The position numbers and the translations under genes are program-made. From a virus: a stretch of DNA of 64,000 nucleotides. The DNA is taken from positions 9,392 through 73,391 of IMG/VR virus record IMGVR_UViG_3300041586_000098. The stretch is one strand, 5' to 3'. Within the stretch, counting starts at the first letter, position 1. Each line of letters opens with the position of its first letter. Shown here piece by piece: positions 1-9,791 of the stretch. A model generated the notes under the pieces. The model made no database searches. It was not told where the DNA came from and worked only from the letters and a program-made list of their open reading frames with translations.

Positions 1-275
1 CGATGCCAATTATAATGTTAGATTGTTTATTTCAATATAATCTATATACAACACTAGAAGTTAAATCATTTAACATAGAAACTTCTGAGATTGAATATAA
101 AAAAGTGATAGATAGTGCAATGACTTCTAAAAAAGCAAAAGTTATGAAAATAACAGATGAAGCTACTGGAAAATCAATAACATGTACACTGGATCATAAA
201 GTATATACTTCGAATAGAGGATATATTATGGCAAAAAATCTAAGAGAAGATGACGTATTAGTTATTAATTCTTAA
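1..275 (+). CDS. nrdA: 3' end of NrdA N-fragment: N-terminal half of a split intein (partial, starts upstream of window)
   Basis: Intein block B motif CTLDHKVYT...GYIMAKNL; stop at 275; matching C-intein/NrdA fragment at 1283. Confidence 0.85.
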   Translation, partial: MPIIMLDCLFQYNLYTTLEVKSFNIETSEIEYKKVIDSAMTSKKAKVMKITDEATGKSITCTLDHKVYTSNRGYIMAKNLREDDVLVINS

Positions 276-344
276 AGTTTTATGTTCTGAGATAAAGTTG
301 CAAAATTATTTAAATATATATTAAAATAAAAGTAACTTTATCTT

Positions 345-1289
345 ATGAACTATGAACGAATATACAATAACTTATGTGAATTATGTAAAACAACTGATGT
401 TAAAGATCGATTAAGTAATAGGAATGCCAATGATGAAAGGCTTAGTGCAGACTATATTTATACTGAAAAACATCATATAGTACCTAAGCATATTGGAGGT
501 GATGACTTAGAATCTAATCTAGTTGTTATGTTACCTGAAGAACACTATATGGCACATTTATTAAGATTTAAAGCTTATAATAATAGAAAAGATTTTCTAG
601 CAATTAGATTCATGGTTAACGGATATGTTTATAAGAAAAAAGTATCTAGTGCATTAAGTTCCAAATTAAAGAATAAGTTGGTTGCATCATTCAAACAGAA
701 TATATCAATGTTTAGAAAGCAAAATACATGGCATAGTATTAAAGGTGTAAACAACATATCAGAAGCAAGAAAGGGTACAATGCCTGTTGTAGATTCTGAA
801 ACGCTTAAAATGATAGGTTCTGTTGATGTAAATCATCCAAATGTTTTATCTGGAAAATGGAGACACCATTCAACTGGTAAGATATCAGTAATATGTAAAA
901 CATCAGGTGTTAAGAAATACATAACAGTGAATGAATATAGGGATAATTATGACGAATATCATGCAAACATCGGCGACGCTAAAGGTGAAAAGAATTCAAG
1001 ATTTAGTGGATTTACTGACGAAGAGCTTGTTAATATTGTATCTGAATTTTCAGTTGAAATGAACTTAGGATTTTTATTACCATATAGAATGGTGTCGACT
1101 TACTATAGAAAAATTAAAAAGTATGAAAAATTACCAAAATCATTTAGCTCGTTTAGATTTAATGGATTAGGTAGTAAAGAATTACATAGATTAGCATCTG
1201 AAAAAACAGGATTAGTTCTTAATGTATATTACAATAATAGTCCAAAAATAAGAAAAGAAATTAAAAACAAAAATATAACAATATGTTAA
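345..1289 (+). CDS. Free-standing HNH homing endonuclease (MobE-like) between the split nrdA halves
   Basis: YTEKHHIVPKHIGGDD..NLV..PEEHYMAH HNH motif. Confidence 0.85.
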   Translation: MNYERIYNNLCELCKTTDVKDRLSNRNANDERLSADYIYTEKHHIVPKHIGGDDLESNLVVMLPEEHYMAHLLRFKAYNNRKDFLAIRFMVNGYVYKKKVSSALSSKLKNKLVASFKQNISMFRKQNTWHSIKGVNNISEARKGTMPVVDSETLKMIGSVDVNHPNVLSGKWRHHSTGKISVICKTSGVKKYITVNEYRDNYDEYHANIGDAKGEKNSRFSGFTDEELVNIVSEFSVEMNLGFLLPYRMVSTYYRKIKKYEKLPKSFSSFRFNGLGSKELHRLASEKTGLVLNVYYNNSPKIRKEIKNKNITIC

Positions 1290-2269
1290 AAATACAATAT
1301 TTAGAAGAAGAAATACCAGTCTTCGATATTACAGTAGAAGATAACCACAACTTCTACGGGGACGATATATTAGTCCACAATTGCAGTGAAATTCAGCTTC
1401 CAACTGATTCTTTTAATTCGTTTGTATGTTGTTTAGGTTCTATTAATCTTTTACATTGGGATGATATTAAAAAAACAGATGCTATCGAAACATATGTATT
1501 GTTCTTAAATGCAGTTATGGATGAATTTATTAAGAAGTCATTTAAAATGCCAGGTATGTCAAGGGCACATCGATTTGCCGAACAACATAGAGCATTAGGT
1601 CTAGGGGTTCTTGGCTATCATTCACTATTCCAGTCAAAATTAATAACATTTGACTCTTTACAATCAAAGGCATTAAACCATGATATATTTTCAACTTTAA
1701 AGGAAAGAAGTGATGCGGCATCCCGATGGTTACATGATGAAAAAGGTTATCGATCACTAAGAGATGGATATGCAAATACAACATTAGTTGCGATTGCACC
1801 AACAAAGAGTAGTTCATTTATTTTAGGTCAAGTTTCAATGGGAATAGAACCTATTAAATCTAATTATTTTATTAAAGATTTAGCAAAGTCAAAAACAATA
1901 TACAAAAATCCATTTCTTATTGATGAATTAACTAAGTATAACTTAAATACTCCTGAAGTATGGGAAGGAATTCTCAAAAGAGATGGAAGTGTTCAGCACT
2001 TAGATTTTCCAACAAAAGAAGTTTTTAAATCTTTTGTTGAAATTACACCAAAGGAAATAGTTTTACAAGCAGCTCAGAGACAAAAATTTATAGATCAGTC
2101 ACAATCATTAAATTTAATGATTCATCCTAGCGTTCCAGCAAAGGACATTAATAAATTGTATTTATATGCGCATGAAGAGGGAATCAAAACACTTTACTAC
2201 CAATTTAGTCAAGGTTCAGCTCAATCATTTGCTAGAGATATTTTAGACTGTGCGAGTTGTGAAGCGTAA
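1283..2269 (+). CDS. nrdA: C-intein (33 aa) fused to ribonucleotide reductase class Ia alpha C-fragment
   Basis: VFDITVEDNHNF...LVHN|CSEIQLP junction at the catalytic Cys; AIAPT, IDQSQSLN, KTLYY, C-terminal CASCEA. Confidence 0.93.
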   Translation: MLKIQYLEEEIPVFDITVEDNHNFYGDDILVHNCSEIQLPTDSFNSFVCCLGSINLLHWDDIKKTDAIETYVLFLNAVMDEFIKKSFKMPGMSRAHRFAEQHRALGLGVLGYHSLFQSKLITFDSLQSKALNHDIFSTLKERSDAASRWLHDEKGYRSLRDGYANTTLVAIAPTKSSSFILGQVSMGIEPIKSNYFIKDLAKSKTIYKNPFLIDELTKYNLNTPEVWEGILKRDGSVQHLDFPTKEVFKSFVEITPKEIVLQAAQRQKFIDQSQSLNLMIHPSVPAKDINKLYLYAHEEGIKTLYYQFSQGSAQSFARDILDCASCEA

Positions 2270-2326
2270 AGAAACGGCAGCTTGAAATATAGTTGCATTT
2301 TAGGACCGGGTTAGTTCACGGAAAGT

Positions 2327-2358
2327 AAAGCAGGGAATTCGCTACTCCCTGCTTTTTT
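2327..2358 (+). terminator. Intrinsic terminator
   Basis: AAAGCAGGGA/TCCCTGCTTT stem followed by T-tract. Confidence 0.8.
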
Positions 2359-2399
2359 ACATATATACATATGATATATAAAGAAAACAGAAAACAATT

Positions 2400-2756
2400 A
2401 TGAAATACATTAAATTATTTGAACAATTCACATCAACTACTAAAATAAATGAGGCTGGCGATGTTTCTGTGGATAAAATCACTTCACCGGCTGAAAAAAA
2501 AGCATTAAAGTCTGCTTTTGAAGAAGTTGTAACAGGAATCGACAAACTAACATTTAAAAAGAACGGTACAATCGAAGGTCGTCGAGGGTATTTCTATCGA
2601 CATGGAAGTTCGCCAGAATCTGTCGCAAAAATATTACAAAGTAGTCTGCGATCTAAAAATATTGAAATTGAAATTGTAAACTCATATGATGATTACAGGT
2701 CATGGCCTAAAGATAGTAATTTTGTAGTAGTATTTAAAATAATTTCAGTATCATAG
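2400..2756 (+). CDS. Hypothetical protein with capsid-targeting-like N-terminus
   Basis: Starts MKYIKLFEQF...KINE; GATATATA motif at 2373. Confidence 0.7.
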   Translation: MKYIKLFEQFTSTTKINEAGDVSVDKITSPAEKKALKSAFEEVVTGIDKLTFKKNGTIEGRRGYFYRHGSSPESVAKILQSSLRSKNIEIEIVNSYDDYRSWPKDSNFVVVFKIISVS

Positions 2757-2844
2757 TGAAACTAATTTAGTTGATAAAGATTTTACTAAAAATAATTCCT
2801 TTCCCTGTGATAGTATCAAGGGACCGACTCGAAAGAGTTTTAAC

Positions 2845-2868
2845 CTGCTAGAAATAGCAGGTTTTTTT
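2845..2868 (+). terminator. Intrinsic terminator
   Basis: CCTGCTA-GAAA-TAGCAGG followed by T7. Confidence 0.85.
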
Positions 2869-2871
2869 ATG

Positions 2872-2900
2872 TGAAACAAAACGCTAATTATGTTTATAAT
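2872..2900 (+). promoter_or_regulatory. Putative middle promoter TGAAAC-N17-TATAAT (also at 7987, 15911, 24830, 42800, 56600, 56711)
   Basis: Seven intergenic copies with exactly 17-nt spacing, each upstream of a gene. Confidence 0.75.
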
Positions 2901-2931
2901 ACTTAAATAATATTATTTATAAATAGACAAC

Positions 2932-3696
2932 ATGAAAATTAGCATTGAAAAAGTAGATCAAAACAATTTTATTGGTTTTGTTAATAGGTTAAAGGTTATT
3001 GATACCTTTATTTATTTTAAAATTAAAGACGGAGTAATTCAGGCTTCGGCTTATTTACCACAAAGAGATGCGGTAAAGCATCATAGGTTACCTATCGGTC
3101 AAGTCTTTCAATTAGAAGAAGATGCAATTGACAAGGTTAACAATAATAAGGAACTAAAAATTGCATTTTTTGATGCAAATAGATTAACTGATGCATTTAA
3201 GCAATTTGAATTCGGCAACATACAGGCAGAAATAGAATTTGTTGAAAATGAAGAAGATTTTGTAGCAACTGAATTTCGTATTTTTAATAATGAATTAGAA
3301 ATAACATTATCATGTTCAGAACCATCCCTTGGATATAAAGATCTAACTGATTCACAGATTGCATCAATCTTTAACGTAGATGATGCTAAATATATATTCG
3401 ACATGGATTACACGGCAACATCAAAGGTTCGTTCACTGTTTGGATTAGACAAAGAAGAAACCTTTACAATTACCACAAGTAAGGCAGGTGTTAGAATGAA
3501 AGGTAAGAATTATAATTATTTAGTAACAGAGGAATTTAAAGGATCTCCACAAAAGGATGTTACCCTATTTAAAAAATATTTAAATCTATTAGATAAAGAA
3601 GATTATACTGCAAATGTATTAGAAAACCGCGTTGTTTTAAGATCAAAGGATTCAGAAACTCTTTTAACAATTGCAACCTGCCAAACAGCTGAATAG
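2932..3696 (+). CDS. Putative sliding clamp (gp45/PCNA-like)
   Basis: 254 aa, alternating beta/alpha two-domain pattern, directly upstream of the polymerase; no diagnostic motif. Confidence 0.5.
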   Translation: MKISIEKVDQNNFIGFVNRLKVIDTFIYFKIKDGVIQASAYLPQRDAVKHHRLPIGQVFQLEEDAIDKVNNNKELKIAFFDANRLTDAFKQFEFGNIQAEIEFVENEEDFVATEFRIFNNELEITLSCSEPSLGYKDLTDSQIASIFNVDDAKYIFDMDYTATSKVRSLFGLDKEETFTITTSKAGVRMKGKNYNYLVTEEFKGSPQKDVTLFKKYLNLLDKEDYTANVLENRVVLRSKDSETLLTIATCQTAE

Positions 3697-3698
3697 AT

Positions 3699-4895
3699 AT
3701 GACAATAGATGAATTAATACTAAAACCGGAAGAAGATCTGACACAGAGTGAGATCAAAATATTGGTTGAACATTATTCAATGATGTCAGCTAAATATACA
3801 GCATACGAACAGGCAGTTAAGGTAATGCTTAACTCAATATATGGTGCATTTGGAAATAAATGGTTTCACTTTTTTAACATAGACATTGCTGAATCTATTA
3901 CACTACAGGGTCAATCCGCCATTTTATACTCAGAAAAAATTCTTAATAAGTATTTTCATGAATTTTGGCTTAAAGATAAGCAAGTGCATTCTCATTTTAA
4001 TATTTCTATTAAGAATAAACTAGTAAGACCATCTGTTGTTTATATTGACACCGATTCGGCTTATGTTCAATTCGAAGAAATGTATGAATCTATTGAGTGG
4101 AATGATGATTATATGTCAATAGATAAGTTTATTATGGAATTATATAACTTTAGACTTAAGGATTACATTTTTAAGTGTATGGAAAAGTATTCAGAAGCAA
4201 CAAATACCGAAAATTTTCTTGTATTTGAATTAGAAACAATAGCATATTCAGGAATATGGTTAGCTAAGAAAAAATATCTTCAAAATATAGCATGGGAAGA
4301 CAGGCTTGACATTAATGATAGATATCCTTCACTTAAAAAAATAAAAACAATAGGATTCGATACTATTCAAAGTTCAACACCTGCAATTGCAAGGAAGCAT
4401 TTAACTGAAGCTCTTAAATTGATTCTTTCAGAAAAGCCAACTGCATCTTTACTAAAAAGATTAGTAGATTATTTAAAACAATGTAAAAAAGAATTTCAGC
4501 TTGCAGATATAGATGAAATTTGCTTCAACAAAAGAACAAATAACATCGATAAGTATATTCTAGATGATACGACTGAATTCCAGTATGGCTTAAAATGCCC
4601 ATCTAATGTCAAGGCGGCAGGTTTTTATAATTTTCTAATGAATAACAATCCAAAATATAAAAATAAATATAAGATGATTGGCAATGGAGAAAAGCTTAGA
4701 CTATACCATTGTAAACACTCTATTTGTGAAATATTTGCATATCAACCAAGTGCACATCCGTATGAAATTGCACCACCAGTGGATTATGAACTACAGTTTG
4801 AAAAAAGTGTAATTGATCCATTAAACAGAGTTCTTTCAGCGGTAGGATTACATACACTAAACAGAAATTTAATTTATTCAACATCATTATTTTAA
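3699..4895 (+). CDS. Family B DNA polymerase, C-terminal subunit (split polymerase)
   Basis: KVMLNSIYG (motif B), YIDTDS (motif C), KKKY; no motif A or exonuclease domain. Confidence 0.9.
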   Translation: MTIDELILKPEEDLTQSEIKILVEHYSMMSAKYTAYEQAVKVMLNSIYGAFGNKWFHFFNIDIAESITLQGQSAILYSEKILNKYFHEFWLKDKQVHSHFNISIKNKLVRPSVVYIDTDSAYVQFEEMYESIEWNDDYMSIDKFIMELYNFRLKDYIFKCMEKYSEATNTENFLVFELETIAYSGIWLAKKKYLQNIAWEDRLDINDRYPSLKKIKTIGFDTIQSSTPAIARKHLTEALKLILSEKPTASLLKRLVDYLKQCKKEFQLADIDEICFNKRTNNIDKYILDDTTEFQYGLKCPSNVKAAGFYNFLMNNNPKYKNKYKMIGNGEKLRLYHCKHSICEIFAYQPSAHPYEIAPPVDYELQFEKSVIDPLNRVLSAVGLHTLNRNLIYSTSLF

Positions 4896-4897
4896 AC

Positions 4898-5062
4898 ATG
4901 GAAATAGACAGCAAAAATTTAACAGAAGAACAATACGAGATAGTAAAAAAATATCAAAGTATTACTAAAAAACTTGAAAGTCTTCAAACTAAAATGCAGG
5001 CGATACAAGATGAGGCACAATCACTCATGACAGAGCTTGAAGAATTAAGAATAAAATATTAG
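4898..5062 (+). CDS. Small coiled-coil hypothetical protein (54 aa)
   Basis: ORF MEIDSKNLTEEQY...LRIKY fills the gap between flanking genes. Confidence 0.6.
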   Translation: MEIDSKNLTEEQYEIVKKYQSITKKLESLQTKMQAIQDEAQSLMTELEELRIKY

Positions 5063-5078
5063 AAAATAAAGAAAATAT

Positions 5079-6035
5079 ATGGCAAAAAATAAATTTACAT
5101 TCGATGACTTAAACGCAGAATTAGCAGGATTAAACCCCTTAGGTTCTGTTATGGACCAATCAAATTTTTCTGAAGTAACAGAATGGATTCACACTGGAAA
5201 TTATCATTTAAACGCATGTCTTTCTGGTTCGGTATGGGGAGGATGGCCTAATAACCGTTCTTGTTCAATAGCAGGACCATCTGGTACTGGAAAAACCTTT
5301 CTTACATTAAATTCAGTTCGAGAAGCAATTAACATGGGATATTATGTTATTTATTATGATTCAGAAGCTGCAGTAGATAAAGACCAAATGAAAAAGTTTG
5401 GTATTGATATTAGTAAAGTAAATTATCAGCCTGTAAATACTGTACAGGCGTTTAGGACTTCAATCACTACTATTACTCAAAAAATGCAAGAGGTAAAAAG
5501 AAAAGGTGGAGAAGTACAAAAAATCATGATTATTCTTGATTCAGCAGGTAACCTTGCGACTGCAAAGGAAATTGATGATGCAACTAGTGGAAGTGAAAAG
5601 GCAGATATGACTAGATCTAAGATTTTAAAATCTATTTTTAGAATCATAATGACTCCGCTTGCTGATTTAAAAATTCCATTTTTGTTTACTAATCATACTT
5701 ATCAAACACAAGACTTTATTTCAAGACAAGTTGCAGGTGGAGGTTGTTTAGTTCCAGGATCTAAAGTGAGAATGTTCGATAACACGCTAAAGAACATAGA
5801 AGATATAGTAGAAGGTGATTCAGTTCTTACATTAAATGGAGGTATGGAAATAGAAAACACATGGACGTTTGAAAAGAAAACATACCGAATAGAATTTGAA
5901 GATAATACGATCATAGAATGTTCTGAAGATCATAGATTTTTTACAGGTAATGTTGAAGACGATCCATTAGATGACAATAATTGGATATTAGCAAGAGATT
6001 TAGTAAAAAACAATGAAGTGTCTAGATATATATAA
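5079..6035 (+). CDS. uvsX: UvsX/RecA N-fragment plus N-intein (96 aa from 5745)
   Basis: GPSGTGKT Walker A, YYDSE, ILDS; AGGG|CLVPGS intein start; ECSEDHRF block B. Confidence 0.92.
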   Translation: MAKNKFTFDDLNAELAGLNPLGSVMDQSNFSEVTEWIHTGNYHLNACLSGSVWGGWPNNRSCSIAGPSGTGKTFLTLNSVREAINMGYYVIYYDSEAAVDKDQMKKFGIDISKVNYQPVNTVQAFRTSITTITQKMQEVKRKGGEVQKIMIILDSAGNLATAKEIDDATSGSEKADMTRSKILKSIFRIIMTPLADLKIPFLFTNHTYQTQDFISRQVAGGGCLVPGSKVRMFDNTLKNIEDIVEGDSVLTLNGGMEIENTWTFEKKTYRIEFEDNTIIECSEDHRFFTGNVEDDPLDDNNWILARDLVKNNEVSRYI

Positions 6036-6041
6036 CAGGCG

Positions 6042-7082
6042 GTGGTTAACAGCCACCTATTATCTAACAAAAAATTGAAACTACTAAAAATGCCAGTACT
6101 TAAGAAATATATTAATCCAACATATGATGAATTTAAGAAACTTTTAAATACTCATTATAATGACATGAATATCAATAACGAAGAACATTTTTTAGAGATG
6201 TTTAGTTTCGTTTATTCTAATGAAATAAAAGGAGTATGTGGATTTAAATTAGAATGTCAAAAATTTTTTAAACAGAAAAGGAATGGTAAAGCAGTTTCTA
6301 AATTAAGCACATCATATTGGAATTCCAGGGGATATGATAATGAATACGCTACCTTAAAAATAAGTGAATTACAAAGAAAAAACAGTAATGTATGTAATTC
6401 ACATTGGACAGATAAAGGGTATAATCAGATTGAAGCAACTTTAATGGTAGCTAATGAACAATCTAGAAGATCCAACTTGCGATATACTAAATATGATAAA
6501 CATGAAATTAGTAGACAGTCAGTATGGTCTATCGAATATTGGAAAAACATAGGTTTTTCTGAAGAAGAAGCAAAATACGAGGCACATAAAAGGAATTATG
6601 GTTGCAGAGAATTCTGGTCTAGTGAAAGTGAATACGATACTATTAAAGCAATAATATCTAAAAAACAAAGTAACTTTATAAAAAATAATCCAGAAAAATT
6701 TGCATCTTTTTTCGGAAGCGTGTCTAAGGAGGAAGTTGTATTTTTCAATAATATCGTAAAATCTATTGATAATATAAAACATACTGAATTTATAGTTAAC
6801 ATACAGAAATCTGAAGAGTTGAATCAAGGTATAATAAAATATGATGGCTATTTTAAAGACGAGGATTCATTAATTCTTATAGAATATGATGGGTTATATT
6901 GGCACAATCAAATATACGATGAAATAAAGGACAGAATATGTCTAGAATTTAGAAATGATATTACTGGAATTATTAGAGTAAGTGACAATTCATACAAGAA
7001 TAATACAAAAACAATAAAATTAATAAAAGATGCAATTAAACAAATTAAAAATAAAGAGTGTAACCGAGTTAAAATCTACTAA
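6042..7082 (+). CDS. Vsr-like (EDxHD-type) homing endonuclease; start may be the ATG at 6090
   Basis: IEYDGLYWH motif; N-terminal YW..G...EA repeats; lies between the intein halves. Confidence 0.8.
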   Translation: MVNSHLLSNKKLKLLKMPVLKKYINPTYDEFKKLLNTHYNDMNINNEEHFLEMFSFVYSNEIKGVCGFKLECQKFFKQKRNGKAVSKLSTSYWNSRGYDNEYATLKISELQRKNSNVCNSHWTDKGYNQIEATLMVANEQSRRSNLRYTKYDKHEISRQSVWSIEYWKNIGFSEEEAKYEAHKRNYGCREFWSSESEYDTIKAIISKKQSNFIKNNPEKFASFFGSVSKEEVVFFNNIVKSIDNIKHTEFIVNIQKSEELNQGIIKYDGYFKDEDSLILIEYDGLYWHNQIYDEIKDRICLEFRNDITGIIRVSDNSYKNNTKTIKLIKDAIKQIKNKECNRVKIY

Positions 7083-7602
7083 AGTACATGATTTAACAGT
7101 AAGAGATGTTCAACATTATATTACTGAAAATGGAGTAATACATCACAATACAGGTCCGGAGTATGCTGCTTCTATTGTTCTTATGTTAACTAAAGCACAA
7201 TTAAAGGATGGTACCGAAAAAGTTGGTATTATTGTAACGGCAAAACCTGATAAAAATAGATTTGCTAAGCCACATCCTATTAAGTTTCATTTAGATTTTA
7301 CCAAAGGTATGAATCCGTATGTTGGCCTAGAGCAATACGCAACATGGGATATCTGTGGAATCACAAGAGGTTCTATAGAAAAAGGAGTTAAAACACCAAA
7401 GGCAACAGCACGCGGATGGATCTGCCAGCACCTAGATGAAGTAGTTACAAACTCTGAATTTTTTAGTGAAAAGGTATTTACAAAGGAGATATTAGAAAAA
7501 ATAAATATTCATATTAAGCCCCTTTTTAACTATAATACCGAAAGCGATAATATAGATAACGAAATCGGAGCTTTACTTGATGAAAATTTAACAAACGAAT
7601 AA
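7030..7602 (+). CDS. uvsX: C-intein (40 aa) plus UvsX C-fragment
   Basis: VHDLTV..QHYITENGVIHHN|TGPEYAAS; K.RF..P motif. Confidence 0.9.
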   Translation: MQLNKLKIKSVTELKSTKVHDLTVRDVQHYITENGVIHHNTGPEYAASIVLMLTKAQLKDGTEKVGIIVTAKPDKNRFAKPHPIKFHLDFTKGMNPYVGLEQYATWDICGITRGSIEKGVKTPKATARGWICQHLDEVVTNSEFFSEKVFTKEILEKINIHIKPLFNYNTESDNIDNEIGALLDENLTNE

Positions 7603-7603
7603 A

Positions 7604-7915
7604 ATGGAAGTTAGTCTTATGTCATATAATGAAGATAAACTACCTATAAAATATATACTAGGCATACAAGGGGAACTTGAAAACTTCCCTGATGCCTTTG
7701 ATATAATTTACATTTATTTATCTGAAACAATAAACCGTCCAAGTAGACCGATGCATAATTTTACAAAACCATCATTGATTAAATATCATGCTAAAGGAAA
7801 TATATTTAATGTCGAAAAGGGACTGACTCAAGCAATATCTCTTGGACTAATAGAGCAAACTAAATTTGAAGAAGGAAAGGAATCGTATACAATAATAATA
7901 AATCCATTTCAATAA
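7604..7915 (+). CDS. Hypothetical protein, possible winged-helix DNA-binding protein
   Basis: C-terminal helix-GLIE-beta hairpin (GKESYTI) pattern. Confidence 0.45.
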   Translation: MEVSLMSYNEDKLPIKYILGIQGELENFPDAFDIIYIYLSETINRPSRPMHNFTKPSLIKYHAKGNIFNVEKGLTQAISLGLIEQTKFEEGKESYTIIINPFQ

Positions 7916-7922
7916 GATACAT

Positions 7923-7975
7923 TGTTCAACATTTACATCTGTTCAACCACAATGAACATTCAAATATAATGAACA
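7923..7975. repeat. Symmetric array TGTTCA-N11-TGTTCA-N7-TGAACA-N11-TGAACA
   Basis: Hexamers at 7923, 7940, 7953 and 7970. Confidence 0.7.
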
Positions 7976-8031
7976 TTCAGATATAATGAAACTTAGTCCT
8001 ATAATACATTATAATTAAAAACAAATAACAA

Positions 8032-9345
8032 ATGAAATTCGGACAAGATTTTGAAAAAATATTCTTTCAGTTAGCTTTAGCAAAACCAAAATACCTAGAA
8101 AAAATACATAAAGGGTTCTATACATCAGATGAAATAGACACCATGCATTTTTTAGCAACTAAATTCTACGAAAAATTCCATGAATCACCAAAGGCAGAAC
8201 AAATGAAAATTTTAGTTCAAAGTCCTAAATTCAAAGGTAAGGTAGAAGAATCAATAATTGAATTAGTATATAAGACAGATCTAACTCAATATGATGAAGA
8301 GTGGTTAGTATCAACGGCTGAAGCATGGATTAAATGGAGAACATTCGATACAACTTTAATCGATACCATTGAATATATTAAGACAACTGAAGTTACTCCT
8401 GAAAATGCAGATCAAATTATATCTAAAGTAAAAAGCTTAATTAATGACAGGAACTCTATTGTATTTAATTCAGATATTGGATTAGATTTCTTTAATGTTG
8501 ACGATCACTATCAAGAAGGAAGAGTAAAGGTTTCAACTGGATATAATTTCTTAGATAGACTGCTTACTGGTGGATATGATAAAGATGGATCTTTAGTAGT
8601 TTATGTCGGTGAGCAAAATATTGGAAAATCGATTTATCTAGCAAATGACGCTGCAAACTTTGTTAAAATGGGAGTTAACACTGCATTTGTTTCAGCAGAG
8701 ATGGCAGCACATAAGGTTCTTAAAAGAATAGGAGCAAACTTGTTAACCATTCCAATGAGTGAATATGATATTAAAGCACAAAATAAAGATTTAATCAAAA
8801 GAAAGTTAGAAAACGTAGGAAATGGATTAACACCACCAGGTCAATTATTTGTTAAACAATTTCCAACATCACAAGCAACTGTACCTGATATTGAAGCATA
8901 CTTAAAGCAAATTGAAGAAGAAAGAAAAATAAAATTAAGCTGTGTAGTCATTGACTATATTAATATTTTAGCGAATTATAGAAATCCAAATTCTGAAAAT
9001 ATGTACTTAAAAATTAAGCAAATTGCAGAAGATTTAAGAGCTATGGGAGTTAGAAACGGCTGGCTAATAGTAACTGCAACCCAGATCAACAGAAACAATT
9101 ATAATTCTAGTGATATTGGAATGGGTGATGTTGCAGAATCCGCAGGACTTTCTCATACAGCAGATTTAATGCTTGGAATTATTCAAGACGATATGATGCG
9201 TGCAAGTAGCGAATATTGGCTTAAGGTTTTAAAGATTAGAGATGGTGAAGGTAAAGGAGTAAAATGTAGATTAAATATAAACTATCAATATATGCGTCTT
9301 ACTGAAACCGAAGATGTTACAAATTCAAATATACATAATTTATAA
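8032..9345 (+). CDS. gp41: Replicative DnaB-like helicase
   Basis: GEQNIGKS, SAEM, VIDYINI, TATQINR, AESAGL motifs. Confidence 0.93.
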   Translation: MKFGQDFEKIFFQLALAKPKYLEKIHKGFYTSDEIDTMHFLATKFYEKFHESPKAEQMKILVQSPKFKGKVEESIIELVYKTDLTQYDEEWLVSTAEAWIKWRTFDTTLIDTIEYIKTTEVTPENADQIISKVKSLINDRNSIVFNSDIGLDFFNVDDHYQEGRVKVSTGYNFLDRLLTGGYDKDGSLVVYVGEQNIGKSIYLANDAANFVKMGVNTAFVSAEMAAHKVLKRIGANLLTIPMSEYDIKAQNKDLIKRKLENVGNGLTPPGQLFVKQFPTSQATVPDIEAYLKQIEEERKIKLSCVVIDYINILANYRNPNSENMYLKIKQIAEDLRAMGVRNGWLIVTATQINRNNYNSSDIGMGDVAESAGLSHTADLMLGIIQDDMMRASSEYWLKVLKIRDGEGKGVKCRLNINYQYMRLTETEDVTNSNIHNL

Positions 9346-9347
9346 AT

Positions 9348-9788
9348 ATGAAAGAGAGAGATAAAATATTCGATAATACATTTGAAGAAAGCAGTTTTGA
9401 AATAGATCCTACATTTTCATTTAATATAGCCCCTAGTCATACCGATAATCGAGACGAGGAAGACAAAATAGAAAATAAAATAATTATTGCTAAAATTCAC
9501 GAACTAATAGAATCTTCTAGGTTTAAGCATTTTAATAATATTAATGAATTTAATCAAACGATTAAATTAAAAAAAATAGAAATAAATGAAATTTATGAGT
9601 ATATTTCAGATGAGCTTAGACCTAATCATTCAATAATTGAAATATATTCAGAAACATGTGATTATTTTAATGTAAATCCAACAAAATTCTATCAGTCACT
9701 TGGCAATAAATTTAAAGAAGAATTAATAGAGGTACTAGATAGAAAAACAAATGTACTAAAGAAAAAGAATATAAATAGATTATTCTAA
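9348..9788 (+). CDS. Hypothetical protein
   Basis: 146-aa ORF tightly packed in the operon. Confidence 0.7.
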   Translation: MKERDKIFDNTFEESSFEIDPTFSFNIAPSHTDNRDEEDKIENKIIIAKIHELIESSRFKHFNNINEFNQTIKLKKIEINEIYEYISDELRPNHSIIEIYSETCDYFNVNPTKFYQSLGNKFKEELIEVLDRKTNVLKKKNINRLF

Positions 9789-9791
9789 ACA

